Shown: piece after piece, positions 53,011 to 61,885 of the stretch
Numbering within the stretch: position 1 is the stretch's first letter
Layout: the number at the start of each line of letters is the position of its first letter
Assembly (NCBI GenBank): GCA_963666285.1
Contig: OY762711.1
Length of the DNA: 64,000 nt
Strand: one strand, 5' to 3'
Source of the DNA: Sedimentisphaerales bacterium
GTDB lineage: Bacteria; Planctomycetota; Phycisphaerae; Sedimentisphaerales; SM23-30
The notes under the pieces: model-generated
Database searches by the model: none
The model's input: only the letters and a program-made list of their open reading frames with translations
Told to the model about the DNA's origin: nothing
Program-made: the position numbers and the translations under genes

Positions 53011-53487
53011 TTAATGTTTTCTTGGCAGCGCGATGGTACCGGTACGAACAACATCTTTTATGCCGTAAGGGCGGCACATATCAATAAAGGCCTCAACCTT
53101 TTCATTTGGCCCGGCAACCTCAACAGTCACAAAGTTTGAACCGATATCGACAACTTTTCCGTTGAACATTTCGACAAGCGAATGAATCTCCGGTCGTTTT
53201 TCCGCGGGTGAGGCAACGGAAATAAGCATAAGCTCTCGTTCAGCCAAAGGACTGGTGGTAAAATCGAAAATTTTCAAAACCGGCACGATTTTACCAAGCT
53301 GTTTGCGGACCTGCTCCAGTACCGCATCATCCCCAATAACCACGATAGTCATCCTACTGATATTCGGATCATCTGTACGCCCTACCGCCAGCGAATCGAT
53401 ATTATACCCGCGGGCAGCAAACATGCCGGCAACATGAGCGAGAACGCCGGACTGATTCTGAACTAAAACACTAATAGTCTTTTTCAT
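53011..53487 (-). CDS. ilvN: Acetolactate synthase small regulatory subunit
   Basis: ACT domain V.N.SGVL..V.GMFA.RGYNIDSL.VG, KQL.K, RTG. Confidence 0.95.
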   Translation of the reverse strand: MKKTISVLVQNQSGVLAHVAGMFAARGYNIDSLAVGRTDDPNISRMTIVVIGDDAVLEQVRKQLGKIVPVLKIFDFTTSPLAERELMLISVASPAEKRPEIHSLVEMFNGKVVDIGSNFVTVEVAGPNEKVEAFIDMCRPYGIKDVVRTGTIALPRKH

Positions 53488-53545
53488 GATTTTACACCTT
53501 ATATATCAAGCGGCAAAAACCGCATTAAAATTTCGATTCCATTAA

Positions 53546-55285
53546 TTAAACGCGTTCAACCTTAGCAGTCGGCAGACCGTCCATCTCATGCAGACTCTTA
53601 CCGGCAGCCACCATCGGCCATACATTTTCTTCCGGCTCCATGTGGAAGTCAACAATGCAGCATTTTTTCTCACTAAGCATCTGTTCAACAACACCCGGCA
53701 CTTCAGCCTTGGTACGGGCAACCAGCCCGACAGCACCAAAAGCTTTTGCAACTTCAGCAAAGCATGGATGCTGCAGATAGCTCTTGGAATAACGTCTGCT
53801 GTAGAACAGTTCCTGCCATTGGCGAACCATCCCCATGTAACCATTATTCAAAACACAAATTTTTAATGGAAGCGATCTTTCAACCGCAGTTGATATCTCA
53901 TGCAGTGACATAGCAAAGCTGCTATCACCGTCAATAGTAACAACAGTATCGTGCGGGTTAGCAATTTGAGCTCCAATAGCAGAAGGCAGCCCAAAACCCA
54001 TGGTCCCCAGCCCGCCGGAGGTAACCATATGTCGCGGTTTACTGAACCTGTAGAACTGTGCGGTCCACATTTGATGCTGACCAACACCGGTAGTAACAAT
54101 AGCATTGCCTTTAGTCTGGCGGCAAACTTCTTCAATTACATATTGTGGTAAAATGCCATCGCCGTTACTTTCATATGTAAGAGGATAAGTCTCTTTGAGC
54201 TCATCGATACGAGCTATCCAGTCCTTGCGAGGCTGGGTTTCGATCATTTCTGTCAGGATAGGCAGTATCTGCCTGGCATCACCAACAACCGGTATATCAA
54301 CCTTAACACTCTTGGAGATACTGGATGGATCGATATCAATATGGATAATCTTAGCATGAGGAGCAAACCGCTTAACATCGCCGGTTACCCGGTCGTCAAA
54401 TCTGGCACCAACCGATACCAGGCAATCACATTCCTGAACCGCAAAATTAGCGTAAGCTGTACCGTGCATACCCAGCATATGCAGGCTAAGAGGATCATTT
54501 TCATCATAAGCACCAAGACCAAGCAAGGTAGTGGTAATAGGTGCATTAGTTTTCTTTACAAAAGCACGAAGTTCTTCAGAAGCATTTGCCAGGATAACTC
54601 CGCCGCCAGAATAAATAACCGGCCTGACAGATTCGTTTATCGCGTCAGCAGCTTTTTTAATCTGGCGAATATGTCCTTCTTCACGTGGTTTATATCCGGG
54701 CAGCCTGACCTCTTCATCCTTTTTATCTGGGATAATTTTAGCCGCAGAAACATCGGCCGGCAAATCAACCACAACCGGTCCGGGTCTGCCGGTGCCGGCA
54801 AGGAAGAAAGCTTCTTTAATGATGCGTCCGAGATCTTTAACATCCTTAACGATATAGTTATGCTTGGTTATGGGACGTGTTATGCCTGTCGTATCAGCTT
54901 CCTGGAAGGCATCGTTACCAATAAGGTGGGTTTTTACCTGACCGGTGATGATAACCATCGGTATAGAATCCATATAAGCTGTCGCAATACCGGTAATGGT
55001 ATTACAAGCACCCGGACCGGAAGTAACCAGCACGACACCGGTTTTGCCGGTTGAACGGGAATAGCCGTCTGCCGCATGGGTAGCACCCTGCTCATGACGA
55101 GTAAGGATAAATTCCATTGGGCTATCGTATAAAGCGTCGAAGATTGGTAAGACCACACCGCCAGGATAACCGAAAATCACCTCGGTATTTTCTTCCTGAA
55201 GAAGTCGGCACAGGTATTGAGCACCTGTAATTTCCTGGGATTTGCCCGCAGACTCGGGCGCAGAACTACTGCTAGAATTAGTCAT
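53546..55285 (-). CDS. ilvB: Acetolactate synthase large subunit
   Basis: FGYPGG, RHEQGA, TSGPG, GMHG, RFDDRVTG, GDSSF..NN..GMVRQWQ. Confidence 0.96.
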   Translation of the reverse strand: MTNSSSSSAPESAGKSQEITGAQYLCRLLQEENTEVIFGYPGGVVLPIFDALYDSPMEFILTRHEQGATHAADGYSRSTGKTGVVLVTSGPGACNTITGIATAYMDSIPMVIITGQVKTHLIGNDAFQEADTTGITRPITKHNYIVKDVKDLGRIIKEAFFLAGTGRPGPVVVDLPADVSAAKIIPDKKDEEVRLPGYKPREEGHIRQIKKAADAINESVRPVIYSGGGVILANASEELRAFVKKTNAPITTTLLGLGAYDENDPLSLHMLGMHGTAYANFAVQECDCLVSVGARFDDRVTGDVKRFAPHAKIIHIDIDPSSISKSVKVDIPVVGDARQILPILTEMIETQPRKDWIARIDELKETYPLTYESNGDGILPQYVIEEVCRQTKGNAIVTTGVGQHQMWTAQFYRFSKPRHMVTSGGLGTMGFGLPSAIGAQIANPHDTVVTIDGDSSFAMSLHEISTAVERSLPLKICVLNNGYMGMVRQWQELFYSRRYSKSYLQHPCFAEVAKAFGAVGLVARTKAEVPGVVEQMLSEKKCCIVDFHMEPEENVWPMVAAGKSLHEMDGLPTAKVERV

Positions 55286-55324
55286 GGCTTTGTTCTCCTT
55301 GTATTTTCTGGAACATTATTCGCC

Positions 55325-55430
55325 GGTCGCTGTACTGATCCGCCGGGAGTGTAAACCAGACCCGCTTCCTGCAAATCCTTTGCTGATAGCTGGTTACGGT
55401 TACTTGCTACCCAAAAGTACAGTCCGTAAA
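55325..55430 (-). promoter_or_regulatory. Structured ilvB leader RNA (riboswitch-like candidate)
   Basis: Three-way junction: CTGTACT/AGTACAG, GGTAGC/GCTATC, GATTTGC/GCGGATC. Confidence 0.55.
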
Positions 55431-55520
55431 AAACCATGTAGTTTTTAATAATTTGTAAGTATCTTATTATATCGGCGAAAAACGGTAAAACAAAATTAAT
55501 TTTTTTGACATTAGCACATA

Positions 55521-55555
55521 AAAAAGGGCAGTTGTATACAAAATACAGCTGCCCG
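55521..55555 (-). terminator. Intrinsic terminator after the 55591 gene
   Basis: GGGCAGTTGTAT..ATACAGCTGCCC with a T-run on the minus strand. Confidence 0.75.
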
Positions 55556-55590
55556 CAGAAATATTATAAATCTCCTTTCCGAACTTTGCC

Positions 55591-58500
55591 CTAATTTCCT
55601 TGGTTCGGAAATACATCAAAGCCAAACTGTACCTGCCCGCCTTGTATACAGCCAACTCTGAAATAATATGTTTGGCCCTGGACCAGATTGACAGACATCT
55701 CACCATACCCGTAAATATCTGAACAATACAACTCATTAAGAGCACTACAATTACCATCAAAAATAGCAATAGTCCCCTGTATAGGCATATTATAAGAATC
55801 AAGATATACTATATATTCTCCGGTGGTCCCTGGAACATACTGGTACCAGACATCAAAACTATCATCTCCGTCACCACATGATGACTGATCATATCCGCTT
55901 GAACCAACTGTTGACCCTTCAGTCCAGCCGTCCAGATTTTGAGCATTATCGCATTCATCATTATCCGGCGGGAAAATCTCATCAATGTTGAGCTGGTAAT
56001 AACCCATAGCATTTTCACTAAAGGCAACCCGAACATAAACGGTTTCACCGGTAGAAATTTGATATATAGCCATAGCAGAGCCACCCGTCTCCTCACCGCC
56101 CGGAGCAGATTCTGCACATACCAGCTCGGCGCCATTACAAGCATCAAAAACAGATACAACAACAGGGAAGCCCATATAGCTTTCATCGTAAACCTGGAAC
56201 ATTACCATATGATCGTATTCGGCGGTGTACTTATACCAGACATCAGCAGAATCATTAACACCACATGAAGAAGTAATGTCAGTTCCGGTAGCACCTACTG
56301 TAGAAGAATACTGAGAATCCCACATTGAAACTTCAATCGCATCAGAACAGATATCATTTTCCGGACCTGATTCGATATATATATTAAATTCTCCGACATA
56401 ACCATAATTACCGGCTGCTCTAATCAGGTAGGTCTCACCTTCAACAGCATAAATCCCCAGCTGCGCTGTCGGCCATTCCATAGATTCGTTTCCATTAATA
56501 CAAGCAAATTCCTGACGAGTTTCCTCATTGCAATCATCATTAAAGACAGAAAGATTGAAACTGGTATATCCAGACGGCTCCAGAGTAATCGCATAGCTTC
56601 CTGTTTCATCAGGTGTAAAACTATACCATACATCAACACTATCACCATTACCACAACTGCTAACACTGTCAGGAGTTGCAGCCAGGGTAGTACCCTGAAC
56701 CCAGTCGCCTTTGGATATTGGAGTCGGACTATCACAATTATCATTTTCCGGGGCAGGATGATGAATAACGGCAAACTTGAAGTCTCCGGTTGACCCGCCA
56801 TAATCAGCTATACGGATATAATAATCCGACATTGTATTGGCTTCAAACAGACGAATATCGTCCGAATAAGACCAGCATTCAAGTTCGGTACCACCGCAAC
56901 TATCAAACAAGGCAATACATGGATAAAAATCTTCCGGTCCGAAATTCCTGGCATATACTTCATAGATACCATCTTCATCAGGAGTAAATTTATACCATAC
57001 ATCATAAGTATCGTTATTATTGCAGCTGGTAATATCAGTACCGGTTGCAGTTGTTGTCGTTCCAAAATATTCCACGCCGGGTACAATTCTGACAGCATCA
57101 GCACATTCATCATTTAAGGTTGTCGGTGTTTCAGGGATAGCAACTGAACGGAAAACGAAATCCATATCCAGGTTGAAACTGTTAGAAGCATTCCAGGTTT
57201 TACCCTGCAGCCAGTTACCGGCAAAGACCGCCAGGTCTTCGATCCCGACACCGCCATCCCGGCTTACATCACCGCCGAGACACCACATATTTCCGGAATT
57301 ACAGGTCAAATCCAGCCATCCGGCAGCAACAGGCTGGAAATCCAGGATATTAACAATACCATCGGTATTGGTGTCACCGGCAGGTAAATCAATATCAAGA
57401 GTAAGTTTCATTTCAGTTCTATACGTGTCTGAATAACTGGATGAACCGCCAACAACAGTATAGAATGCTCCTAAAAATGGAGTAGAATTGTCGATAGGAA
57501 TATCATCTTCAGTCAGGAGCATAACAGGTTCTTCAATATACGAATCATATATTTTCATTTCAAAATCAAGCACATAATTACTAACCTGGTCACTAATAAT
57601 TTTATTGCCGTCAACTAAAACCAAAACCCTGGTACCGTAAGGATACGTTTCATCAGACAATACTTTCAAAGTGCCTTCCCAGGTTACTTCAACAGTTGCC
57701 CCACCGGAACCGTATTGACCACTGCCATTATAAACAGAAGAAAAATCAACATCGATATCGTAATATGCGGTAGAAGAGTCGTGATTGTAAACAATATGAC
57801 TATAAACATCTGTCTGCTGACCAACTCCTTCAGGTTGACCGGATTCCTGGACAAAAGCCTGGGCACTGCAGCTTTTATCTTTGCCATTTGTGGTACTTGC
57901 AGAATCGATAACAGTTACCCCGCCTATTTTACTATAGACAGTAACCGACGGTCTGCCGCTAGCGGCAGGGAACCAGACCTGCGGCCCGGGAACTTCAAGA
58001 AATTCACCGCTGAGACCGAGAATGTTGTCGGCAATATTTCCACGCAAAATTGAAGAGCCGGTTGAAGGATCAACCTGGTAAAGTCTATTATCAGCGTTTG
58101 CAGCAGCGAACATTTGTCCGCTTATGTGACTGTTATACATGTCTGTCAGCCCGGAAGTACCGGTATCACCGACATACGTCGGCACTGCGGTAGTCATATC
58201 AACAGAATATAAATGGGTTGCAAGCCTTGTACCGTTCTCAGCAACTTTCTGATTGGTAATATACAGGTTCATACTGGAACTGTCATATTCCATACTAAAG
58301 ACATAGTCTATAAGCTCGCCATCTATGCCGGTTCCAAAATCACCGATTAATGAAGCTGTGCCGGTTGCGGTATCAATTGTATATAAGCCAAGATAATCTG
58401 TTCCATACAATATCCCGGTATCATCGTTGTAAGCCAGCTCTCTCATATTGATAACATAATCAGGATTACCGGGATAGCGAGGGTTCTGGCCATATCCGCT

Positions 58501-58908
58501 GCCAATCGGCAATGAAATCTTTTCAGCGGGAAATATTTTATATAATGCTGAACCGGTTCCTTCCTCATAAGAGCTTCCGGTAGTAGCCCAGAAAAAGTCA
58601 GGCGAACCACTACTGGCCGCACCATAAAACGGGCCATACGGCAGAGGTGATAAATCGGCACTGCAAACATCATTATTGAGATGGTCGATCATTAAAAGAT
58701 ACAGATTGTAATTACTTACACCATAAAGATATTCGACATAATCTAGTCCGGCAAAAGCCTTTGTATCAAGTGAACCTGATTTGCTCTTGAACATAGTGTC
58801 AGAGGAAGAACCAACCGGGGCAGCTTCATAGTCAACTAATTCCGCGGTAGAAAATGAAGCCAGCAAACAAACCAGACAAACAGACCAGGCGTAACTCAAA
58901 AAACGCAT
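55591..58908 (-). CDS. Large secreted protein: N-terminal propeller-like region, internal dockerin, four C-terminal PPC-like (ND.C..A) repeats
   Basis: Start MRFLSYAW at 58908 after AAGGAG; GDTNTDGIVNILDF..WL..GDVSRDG; four DVWY repeats. Confidence 0.8.
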   Translation of the reverse strand: MRFLSYAWSVCLVCLLASFSTAELVDYEAAPVGSSSDTMFKSKSGSLDTKAFAGLDYVEYLYGVSNYNLYLLMIDHLNNDVCSADLSPLPYGPFYGAASSGSPDFFWATTGSSYEEGTGSALYKIFPAEKISLPIGSGYGQNPRYPGNPDYVINMRELAYNDDTGILYGTDYLGLYTIDTATGTASLIGDFGTGIDGELIDYVFSMEYDSSSMNLYITNQKVAENGTRLATHLYSVDMTTAVPTYVGDTGTSGLTDMYNSHISGQMFAAANADNRLYQVDPSTGSSILRGNIADNILGLSGEFLEVPGPQVWFPAASGRPSVTVYSKIGGVTVIDSASTTNGKDKSCSAQAFVQESGQPEGVGQQTDVYSHIVYNHDSSTAYYDIDVDFSSVYNGSGQYGSGGATVEVTWEGTLKVLSDETYPYGTRVLVLVDGNKIISDQVSNYVLDFEMKIYDSYIEEPVMLLTEDDIPIDNSTPFLGAFYTVVGGSSSYSDTYRTEMKLTLDIDLPAGDTNTDGIVNILDFQPVAAGWLDLTCNSGNMWCLGGDVSRDGGVGIEDLAVFAGNWLQGKTWNASNSFNLDMDFVFRSVAIPETPTTLNDECADAVRIVPGVEYFGTTTTATGTDITSCNNNDTYDVWYKFTPDEDGIYEVYARNFGPEDFYPCIALFDSCGGTELECWSYSDDIRLFEANTMSDYYIRIADYGGSTGDFKFAVIHHPAPENDNCDSPTPISKGDWVQGTTLAATPDSVSSCGNGDSVDVWYSFTPDETGSYAITLEPSGYTSFNLSVFNDDCNEETRQEFACINGNESMEWPTAQLGIYAVEGETYLIRAAGNYGYVGEFNIYIESGPENDICSDAIEVSMWDSQYSSTVGATGTDITSSCGVNDSADVWYKYTAEYDHMVMFQVYDESYMGFPVVVSVFDACNGAELVCAESAPGGEETGGSAMAIYQISTGETVYVRVAFSENAMGYYQLNIDEIFPPDNDECDNAQNLDGWTEGSTVGSSGYDQSSCGDGDDSFDVWYQYVPGTTGEYIVYLDSYNMPIQGTIAIFDGNCSALNELYCSDIYGYGEMSVNLVQGQTYYFRVGCIQGGQVQFGFDVFPNQGN

Positions 58909-59372
58909 GACAATCTCCTTTTTGGACAAATAACAAAAATGAATATTTAAGTTTACTTTCACAGTTTTTAAGTTGCATAAACCGCCTAAAAGGGCCTTCC
59001 TGCAACGCTTTGAATTAAATGTACTTTCGAGAATTAGCTCGGAAACACATTTAAATATATAGTTTTTCATTCACAAGGCCCTGTTCTGGCCTTTGCGTGT
59101 AATGTTGAACAGTCAAAAGTGCGATACCGCACTTTAATTAAAAATTGAAATAGTAAAACAAAGATCAGACCGCTACTAATTATGCACTCAATGATCTCCA
59201 TAATTTGCTTTTGTGAGGTGTAATCGAAATCCAGCTCTATCTAATTAATTAGCTTATAACTTTGAAACTGAATTGTCAAATTAATTTAGTATTCGCTTCA
59301 CAAAAGGTGAGAAAATAGGGAATATTGGAAACATAGGTGGCTTGATTTCCAGGAATATTTAAATTTAAGGAT

Positions 59373-59413
59373 AAAAAAAACAGGATCACCTTTTTCTAAA
59401 GGTAACCCTGTTC
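59373..59413 (-). terminator. Terminator after the PEP-CTERM gene
   Basis: AACAGG..ACCTTT/AAAGGT..CCTGTT with a T-run on the minus strand. Confidence 0.65.
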
Positions 59414-59460
59414 AAAGAACGGTTTAACGATAACCTGTAATTAACAACAACCAATGTTAT

Positions 59461-60057
59461 CTATTTTACTTTTCGTTTCATAAGTACCGGCACTCCACAC
59501 ATCGCCATAAGAAGGACAGTTGCCGGCTCCGGCACAGCAGGGGCAGAAGAAGTTGCCATGAGACTGACATTATCAACAGACAGACAATTCATCCATCCGG
59601 CATCCAGGGTAATACCCAGCGACTGGCCAATATAACCATCATTGTCAGAACCCACAGTTGAGAAAGAGATTACCAGATCACCGGTAACGTTTCTCTGCGA
59701 CCAACGGAGTGACTGAGAAGTTATAGTATCCCAGCTATCGCCTGAAACAGCTGAAAAAGAAAGCTCCAGCGGACTTTTGAATATAGAATGAGTCGCACCA
59801 GTAACTGTTAGTACATATTCGGTTTCATCCTGGATAGCATACTCGGTATCAGTCCAGATGCTCTGGGTACTCAGAATTGAATACAGGCCATTGAACTTAA
59901 CTGCTGAATCATCAACAACATAAATTCCACTTTGTCCTTTCATAGACCAGTCGTCCAGACTGGACATATCATTCTGGTATATATTTTCGCTGATAAGGCC
60001 CGCGTTTACAAAACCGGATAGTATAAGAGTAAAAACAGTAACTAGATATTTTTTCAT
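59461..60057 (-). CDS. PEP-CTERM protein
   Basis: Signal peptide; VPEPATVLLMAMCGVPVLMKRKVK. Confidence 0.88.
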   Translation of the reverse strand: MKKYLVTVFTLILSGFVNAGLISENIYQNDMSSLDDWSMKGQSGIYVVDDSAVKFNGLYSILSTQSIWTDTEYAIQDETEYVLTVTGATHSIFKSPLELSFSAVSGDSWDTITSQSLRWSQRNVTGDLVISFSTVGSDNDGYIGQSLGITLDAGWMNCLSVDNVSLMATSSAPAVPEPATVLLMAMCGVPVLMKRKVK

Positions 60058-60374
60058 GCATTCTCCTCATTATTTATGACGGAAACTAACCGACATAGAT
60101 TCAATTTCGATGAACCGGCATCAAACGTACCGATATCGAAAAAATTTAGTTAAAAATAAAACTGGTAATTCGGAAATGACTCGAATGTCATGAAATGTAG
60201 ATACTGCAATATAAAATATGATAATAAATAAAGCAAATATGTTTGTTAATTTTTTCCAATTGTTTCGATTACAGCAATCATAGCTTTTCTGTATTAACAC
60301 TTGAATTATATCCAATTTTGATGATAATTATTTGAAAATAAATAACTAAAGAGAATAAATAAACATTTAATCGC

Positions 60375-61322
60375 ATGGCAATAAAAAACGCTACAACTAA
60401 AGCCCCTCGCAATCGAACCCTGTTCCTGGAAGATTCAGATATTGGCCGTCTAAAAAAGCGAATTGTTACTATTGACAGTAAGCCCAAACTTAAGGACATT
60501 CTCAATAAGACAATATGCGGCGATAGTATTGAGCTGCTCGATACGCTGCCGGCAGCATCAGTTGATTTGCTGATAGCCGACCCACCGTATAACCTGACCA
60601 AACAGTTCAAATCAAACACATTCAAATCCGGCCAGATGGATGAATACCGACAATGGCTGGAGCTGTGGATACCAAAAATGGTGCGGCTGTGTAAACCTAA
60701 TGCCAGTATATATATCTGCGGTGACTGGCGGTCATCTCCGGCGATTTATTACGAGCTGGAAAAACATTTCAAAATCCGTAACAGGCTGACCTGGGAACGT
60801 GAAAAAGGCCGCGGCTCAAAGAGCAACTGGAAAAACTCACATGAAGATATCTGGTTTGCCACGATGGGTGATGAATATACATTCAATGTAGACGCGGTAA
60901 AACTTAAACGCCGCGTTATCGCGCCGTATAAGGAAAACGGCAAGCCCAAAGACTGGCATGAAAGCGATGACGGCAAATACAGGCTGACCCATCCATCTAA
61001 TATGCTGACAGATTTGAGCGTACCGTTCTGGTCTATGCCGGAAAATACCGAGCATCCGACCCAGAAACCGGAAAAACTGCTGGCCAAGCTAATCCTGGCA
61101 AGTTCAAGCCAGGGCGATGTCATATTCGATCCATTCCTCGGATCCGGCACAACCTGTGTAACCGCTAAAAAACTCAACCGTAACTATATCGGTATCGAAA
61201 AAGATGAAACTTTCTGTATGCTGGCCGAGAAACGGCTGGAGCTGGCAGAAACCGATAAAACTATTCAAGGCTATCATGACGGGGTATTCTGGGAACGTAA
61301 CACATCACCTTCAAACAGCTAG
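60375..61322 (+). CDS. Site-specific DNA methyltransferase (N4-C/N6-A, beta class), orphan
   Basis: DPPY precedes HPTQKP and DPFLGSGTT; no nuclease gene adjacent. Confidence 0.92.
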   Translation: MAIKNATTKAPRNRTLFLEDSDIGRLKKRIVTIDSKPKLKDILNKTICGDSIELLDTLPAASVDLLIADPPYNLTKQFKSNTFKSGQMDEYRQWLELWIPKMVRLCKPNASIYICGDWRSSPAIYYELEKHFKIRNRLTWEREKGRGSKSNWKNSHEDIWFATMGDEYTFNVDAVKLKRRVIAPYKENGKPKDWHESDDGKYRLTHPSNMLTDLSVPFWSMPENTEHPTQKPEKLLAKLILASSSQGDVIFDPFLGSGTTCVTAKKLNRNYIGIEKDETFCMLAEKRLELAETDKTIQGYHDGVFWERNTSPSNS

Positions 61323-61460
61323 CAGAAATCAATACCACATCACTAATTTTTTTATAAGACTTTCCAAAAATAATTTTGCCTATCTATTTTTTATATATTA
61401 GGCTTAATTCAGACATCATATGACTATTCGAGTTTGACGAGGTTAAATACTATTTAGCAT

Positions 61461-61818
61461 ACCGGACCGAAACAGGGAAAGTGTAAACCGCCCGGCCACA
61501 CCAGACACGGATGTTGCGGACAAGGATTTCGCGGTTGCCGCAAGAGAGAGATAATATCGGTTGCTTCCCGGGTCCAGAATCCATCGTGTGCATTTGCGAA
61601 GACCTCGATAATTATAGGGGTTTCGGCCCCATATGCCGGGTTCACCCGCTCGTTCCGCTGGTTTGGCGGGGCTAGTGACGGTAGCGCTTCTGTGTAGGCG
61701 CCCGGCATTTATATCTGACGGATCGTGCGTCAGAGAATGATATTTGTCTGCTGTTCTGACAGCCGACACCAATAAAAAGGGCTTACCGTGTTCGACTGGA
61801 ACCGGGAGCCCTGTTTTT
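61461..61818 (+). ncRNA. Unassigned large structured RNA candidate with terminal intrinsic terminator
   Basis: GC-rich island with at least 9 helices, a UUCG tetraloop and crossing pairings; no credible ORF. Confidence 0.6.
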
Positions 61819-61885
61819 TATTAATAATTAGGTGTCGCTTGCTGTAATTCTTCACGTTCGACAGAACTTCAACAAACCAAAAAGA

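Noticed and set aside
58909..59070. N-terminal extension of the 1159-aa ORF
   Set aside because: RBS and signal peptide place the start at 58908; the extension overlaps the structured leader
61430..61500. glmS ribozyme (TTGACGAGG) or cobalamin riboswitch (AACAGGGAA)
   Set aside because: Only isolated words match; other conserved elements and a downstream regulated gene are absent
61443..61818. tmRNA, RNase P, or the minus-strand ORFs 61443-61772 and 61454-61708
   Set aside because: No tRNA-like acceptor/CCA end and no GAGGAAAGUCC core; the ORFs lack RBS and protein-like features
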